A DNA stretch of 38,361 bases from positions 1 through 38,361 of the forward strand of contig JAOPVD010000330.1 in the NCBI GenBank assembly GCA_025966295.1, read 5' to 3'. Below are positions 35,263-38,361 of this stretch, piece by piece (position 1 is the stretch's first letter; each line of letters begins with the position of its first letter). Made by a program: the position numbers and the translations under genes. The stretch comes from Frankiales bacterium. GTDB lineage: Bacteria > Actinomycetota > Actinomycetes > Mycobacteriales > SCTD01. The notes beneath the pieces were generated by a model. The model saw only the letters and a program-made list of their open reading frames with translations. It made no database searches and was not told the DNA's origin.

Positions 35263-35398
35263 CCCGTTCGCCTGCGGAGTGAGCTGTCGGGTTCGGGCAG
35301 GGCTGCCCGGCTCCTGTCGGAGCTTCACCCCGAGGGCGCGTGCGCGCCCGGTGTACGTGGTTCCCCCGCTCCTGCCCCTCGGTGATCGGATCAACGGG
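35263..35398 (-). promoter_or_regulatory. Cyclic-di-AMP riboswitch (ydaO/yuaA class)
   Basis: The minus strand carries P1 CCCGTT...AACGGG. It also has GAGCGGGGGAACCAC (compare GAGCGGGGGACCCA), GGGGTGAAGCTCC (compare GGGGUGAAUCC) and CCCGAACCCGACAGCTCACTCCGCAGGCG (compare CCGAACCCGUCAGCUAACCUCGUAAGCG of B. subtilis ydaO). It sits immediately upstream of an Rpf gene, the classic actinobacterial context. Confidence 0.85.
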
Positions 35399-35486
35399 CA
35401 CCCCGGGGCAGGACTCGGCGGTGGGGACCCGTGCCCCGCCTTCCGGCGTGGCGCGTTGACACGCTAGTCCAATCGGCGCGTGTGAT

Positions 35487-36512
35487 CTACGCCTTGAGCG
35501 CGGTCCCGGCCGAACGCAGGTCCTCACAGGCCCGCTGCACCCGGGCCGCCATGCCGGCCTCGGCGCTCTTGCCCCAGGCCCGCGGGTCGTACAGCTTCTT
35601 GTTGCCGACCTCGCCGTCGACCTTCAGGACGCCGTCGTAGTTCTTGAACATGTGGTCCGCCACCGGCCGCGTGAAGGCGTACTGGGTGTCGGTGTCGACG
35701 TTCATCTTCACCACGCCGTAGTCCAGCGCCTCCCGGATCTCCTCGAGCAGCGACCCGGAACCGCCGTGGAAGACCAGGTCGAACGGCTTGTCCGTGCCGT
35801 ACTTCTCGCCGACCGCGTCCTGGATCTGCTTGAGGATCTCGGGGCGGAGCTTGACGTTGCCGGGCTTGTAGACGCCGTGCACATTGCCGAAGGTCGCCGC
35901 CAGCAGGTAGCGGCCCTTCTCGCCGAGGCCGAGGACCTCGGCCGTGCGGAGCGCGTCCTCCGGGGTGGTGTACAGCTTCTCGTTGATGGCGTTCTCGACG
36001 CCGTCCTCCTCGCCGCCGACCACGCCGATCTCGAGCTCCATGACGATCCTGGCCTTGGCGCACTGCTCGAGCAGGTCGGCCGCGATCGCCAGGTTCTCCT
36101 CGAGCTCGACCGCCGAGCCGTCCCACATGTGCGACTGGAACAGCGGCAGCTCGCCGCGGGCGACCCGCTCCTGGCTGATCGCGATGAGCGGCCGCATGTA
36201 GCCGTCGAGCTTGTCCTTGGGGCAGTGGTCGGTGTGCAGCGCGATGTTGACCGGGTAGTTCTTGGCCACCACGTGCGCGTACTCGGCGAGCGCCACCGCG
36301 CCCGCGACCATGTCCTTGACCTTCGGACCGGACAGGTACTCCGCCCCGCCGGTGCTGACCTGCACGATGCCGTCGCTGCCGGCGTCGGCGAAGCCCTGCA
36401 GCGCGGCGTTCAGCGTCTGCGAGCTGGTGACGTTGATGGCCGGGTAGGCGAAGCGGCCGGCCTTCGCGCGGTCGAGCATCTCGGCGTAGACCTCAGGCGT
36501 GGCGATCGGCAT
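35487..36512 (-). CDS. fbaA: Class II fructose-bisphosphate aldolase
   Basis: 341 aa. Starts MPIATPEVYAEMLDRAK, with HTDHC, MWDGS, FGNVHGVYKPGNV and HGGSG motifs. Confidence 0.95.
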   Translation of the reverse strand: MPIATPEVYAEMLDRAKAGRFAYPAINVTSSQTLNAALQGFADAGSDGIVQVSTGGAEYLSGPKVKDMVAGAVALAEYAHVVAKNYPVNIALHTDHCPKDKLDGYMRPLIAISQERVARGELPLFQSHMWDGSAVELEENLAIAADLLEQCAKARIVMELEIGVVGGEEDGVENAINEKLYTTPEDALRTAEVLGLGEKGRYLLAATFGNVHGVYKPGNVKLRPEILKQIQDAVGEKYGTDKPFDLVFHGGSGSLLEEIREALDYGVVKMNVDTDTQYAFTRPVADHMFKNYDGVLKVDGEVGNKKLYDPRAWGKSAEAGMAARVQRACEDLRSAGTALKA

Positions 36513-36646
36513 CGGGGCGCTCCTTCACAGCTGAACGGCGGTGCCGCCGATCCTGCCAGACGGGGGCGCCGGCGTGGACCCCCGCCCGGCTACCGCCGTA
36601 CAACGGTTGTCAGGCGCCGGGCAGGCAGGGTCGGTAGGTTGGCCGG

Positions 36647-37291
36647 GTGAGCGCCACCACCGTGCAGGCCCTGCCCGCCTTCCTCGACGGCCAGCACCTC
36701 GTCGAGTCCTTCGGACTGGTGGGCATCCTGCTCATCGTCTTCGCCGAAACCGGTCTGCTGCTGGGCTTCTTCCTGCCCGGCGACTCGCTGCTGTTCGCGG
36801 CCGGGTTCGCGGCCACCGGTCGGCTGAGCGACTCGCTGCACCCGAACATCGCGCTGGTGTGCATCAGCGTGAGCATCGTCGCCATCATCGGTGCGCAGAC
36901 CGGCTTCTACATCGGGCGCAAGGCCGGGCCGGCGCTGTTCAACCGCGAGGACTCGCGGTTCTTCAAGCGCTCCTACGTGACGAAGGCCGAGGAGGTCATC
37001 GAGCGGTACGGCGCCGGCAAGGCGATCGTGCTGGCGCGCTTCATCCCGATCGTGCGGACCTTCCTCAACCCGCTGGTCGGTGCCGGGGACCTGTCGGTCC
37101 GCACCTTCACGCTCTGGAACATCGTGGGCGGCGTGCTGTGGGGCACCGGCGTGACGCTGCTGGGCTACTACCTGGGCCAGGTCGACGCGATCGGCAAGAA
37201 CATCGAGATCTTCGCGATCCTCGTGGTGATCATCTCGGTCATCCCGATCGCGGTGGAGCTGCTCAAGGCCCGCAAGGCCTCCCGCGTCTAG
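36647..37291 (+). CDS. DedA family (VTT/SNARE-associated) membrane protein
   Basis: 214 aa, GTG start. Contains ETGLLLGFFLPGDSLLF and the RFIPIVRTF signature. Multi-TM. Confidence 0.85.
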   Translation: MSATTVQALPAFLDGQHLVESFGLVGILLIVFAETGLLLGFFLPGDSLLFAAGFAATGRLSDSLHPNIALVCISVSIVAIIGAQTGFYIGRKAGPALFNREDSRFFKRSYVTKAEEVIERYGAGKAIVLARFIPIVRTFLNPLVGAGDLSVRTFTLWNIVGGVLWGTGVTLLGYYLGQVDAIGKNIEIFAILVVIISVIPIAVELLKARKASRV

Positions 37292-37294
37292 CGG

Positions 37295-37837
37295 TCAGGC
37301 CAGCCCGAGGTCGGCGAGGGAGTACGCGAAGCGGTAGGGCACGCCCTCCGCCTCGATCTTCTCGCCCGCGCCGGTGTCGCGGTCGGCGATGGTGGCCACC
37401 CCGACCGGGATCGCCCCGGCCTCGCGGACGGCGGCGAGCGCGGTGAGCGGCGAGCCACCGGTGGTGGAGGTGTCCTCCACCACGAGCACCCGACGGCCCG
37501 CGATGTCGGGGCCTTCGATGCGGCGCTGCAGGCCGTGGGCCTTGGCCTCCTTGCGGACCACGAAGGCGTCCAGCTGGCGCCCGGCGGCGGCGGCCTGATG
37601 CAGCATCGCGGCGGCGATCGGGTCGGCGCCCATCGTCAGGCCGCCGACGGCGTCGTAGTCGAGGTCCGCGGTGAGCTCCAGCATCACGCGGCCGACCAGC
37701 GGGGCGGCCGCCGCCGACAGCGTCGTGCGGCGCAGGTCGACGTAATAGTCGGCCTCCCGCCCGGACGACAGGGTCACCCTGCCGTGGACGATCGCCTGGG
37801 AGCGGACGAGGGACAGGAGGTCATCGCGGTCGGTCAC
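37295..37837 (-). CDS. pyrE: Orotate phosphoribosyltransferase
   Basis: 180 aa starting from the GTG at 37837. Contains SGREADYYVD and the PRPP-binding loop VLVVEDTSTTGGS. The upstream part of ORF 37295..38344 is junk. Confidence 0.9.
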   Translation of the reverse strand: MTDRDDLLSLVRSQAIVHGRVTLSSGREADYYVDLRRTTLSAAAAPLVGRVMLELTADLDYDAVGGLTMGADPIAAAMLHQAAAAGRQLDAFVVRKEAKAHGLQRRIEGPDIAGRRVLVVEDTSTTGGSPLTALAAVREAGAIPVGVATIADRDTGAGEKIEAEGVPYRFAYSLADLGLA

Positions 37838-37848
37838 AGGGCCTGAGG

Positions 37849-38361
37849 CTATCGGCCCGCCAGCAGCTGCCGCTCCACCGCTTCCGGCAGGCCGTGCACC
37901 GCCCGGTCCGGGCGCTGGGCCGGCATCCCGTCCTCCTGCAGCCACGCCCAGGTGTCCCGGACGGTGTCGGCCACCGGCCGCGAGAGCAGTCCGGTGGCCA
38001 CCGCGGCCGAGGTGTCGCTCTCCATGAAGCCGGCGTACTCGCCGCCCTCCGGCACCCAGCAGGGCAGCTGGGTCCACGGCTCGGCGCCGCTCGCCAGAAC
38101 GCTTTCCTGGTCGACCCACACCAGCTCGGCGGTCCCGCCGGTCGCCGCGACCACTGCCTCCAGCAGCAGCTGGGTGGTGGTGTGGCCGCTCGGGCAGACC
38201 AGGTCGTAGGCGCCACTGAGCCCCGCGGCCAGCCCGTCGAGCAGCCAGGCGGCGAGGTCCCGGACGTCGACGTACTGCAGCGGCCGGTCCGGCCGGCCGG
38301 GCGCCACCACCCGGCCGCCGCGGGCCGCCCTGTTCAGCCACCACGGCAGCCGGCCGATGTC
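37849..38361 (-). CDS. NAD-dependent epimerase/dehydratase-family protein, C-terminal part (5' end beyond the window)
   Basis: The frame stays open to the window edge (DIGRLPWWLNRAARGGRVVAPGRPDRPLQYVDVRDLAAWLL...). The YVDVRDLA pattern is typical of extended SDRs. Confidence 0.6.
   Translation of the reverse strand, partial: DIGRLPWWLNRAARGGRVVAPGRPDRPLQYVDVRDLAAWLLDGLAAGLSGAYDLVCPSGHTTTQLLLEAVVAATGGTAELVWVDQESVLASGAEPWTQLPCWVPEGGEYAGFMESDTSAAVATGLLSRPVADTVRDTWAWLQEDGMPAQRPDRAVHGLPEAVERQLLAGR

Overview
High-GC (about 70%) actinobacterial chromosomal segment, mostly conserved core genes, with most genes on the minus strand. Synteny with Streptomyces and Mycobacterium loci is recognisable: bldC-vdh, DUF3073-purM-purF, purQ-purL, DUF3151, fbaA, and an Rpf gene behind a ydaO riboswitch. 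The centre of the window (13.0-28.1 kb) is a de novo purine supercluster. Reading along the minus strand it runs purA, purD, a divergent purE-like gene, purB, purC, [DUF559 gene plus purS on the opposite strand], an RsbW-like ATPase, purQ, purL, a sterol-carrier-family gene, an LPXTG surface protein, purF and purM. Several junctions are 4-nt start/stop overlaps. The left part holds tRNA-Lys, an SDR gene, a large PAS/degenerate-GGDEF/EAL protein with a C-terminal HTH tail, a thiolase, a secreted alpha/beta hydrolase, a tRNA-Glu/Asp/Phe cluster, bldC, vdh and small secreted proteins. The right part holds a fetA-fetB-paiB-like operon, a 1037-aa M6 (InhA-like) metalloprotease with an LAxTG sorting signal, the Rpf gene with its c-di-AMP riboswitch, fbaA, a DedA protein, pyrE and a truncated SDR gene. 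I found no CRISPR array, transposase, integrase or recognisable defence system. The least ordinary content is non-coding. (i) A 60-bp palindromic element (CGATCATGGAAC...CCATGATCG) is present in four intergenic copies. Two of them are inverted and bracket a 1.2-kb segment that carries purS in the wrong orientation relative to purQL. (ii) A 390-bp convergent intergenic region holds two tandem 67-bp near-perfect hairpins whose arms (GATCCACGGAAC) resemble the arms of the 60-bp family. All calls come from reading the sequence and the ORF track. No database search was run.
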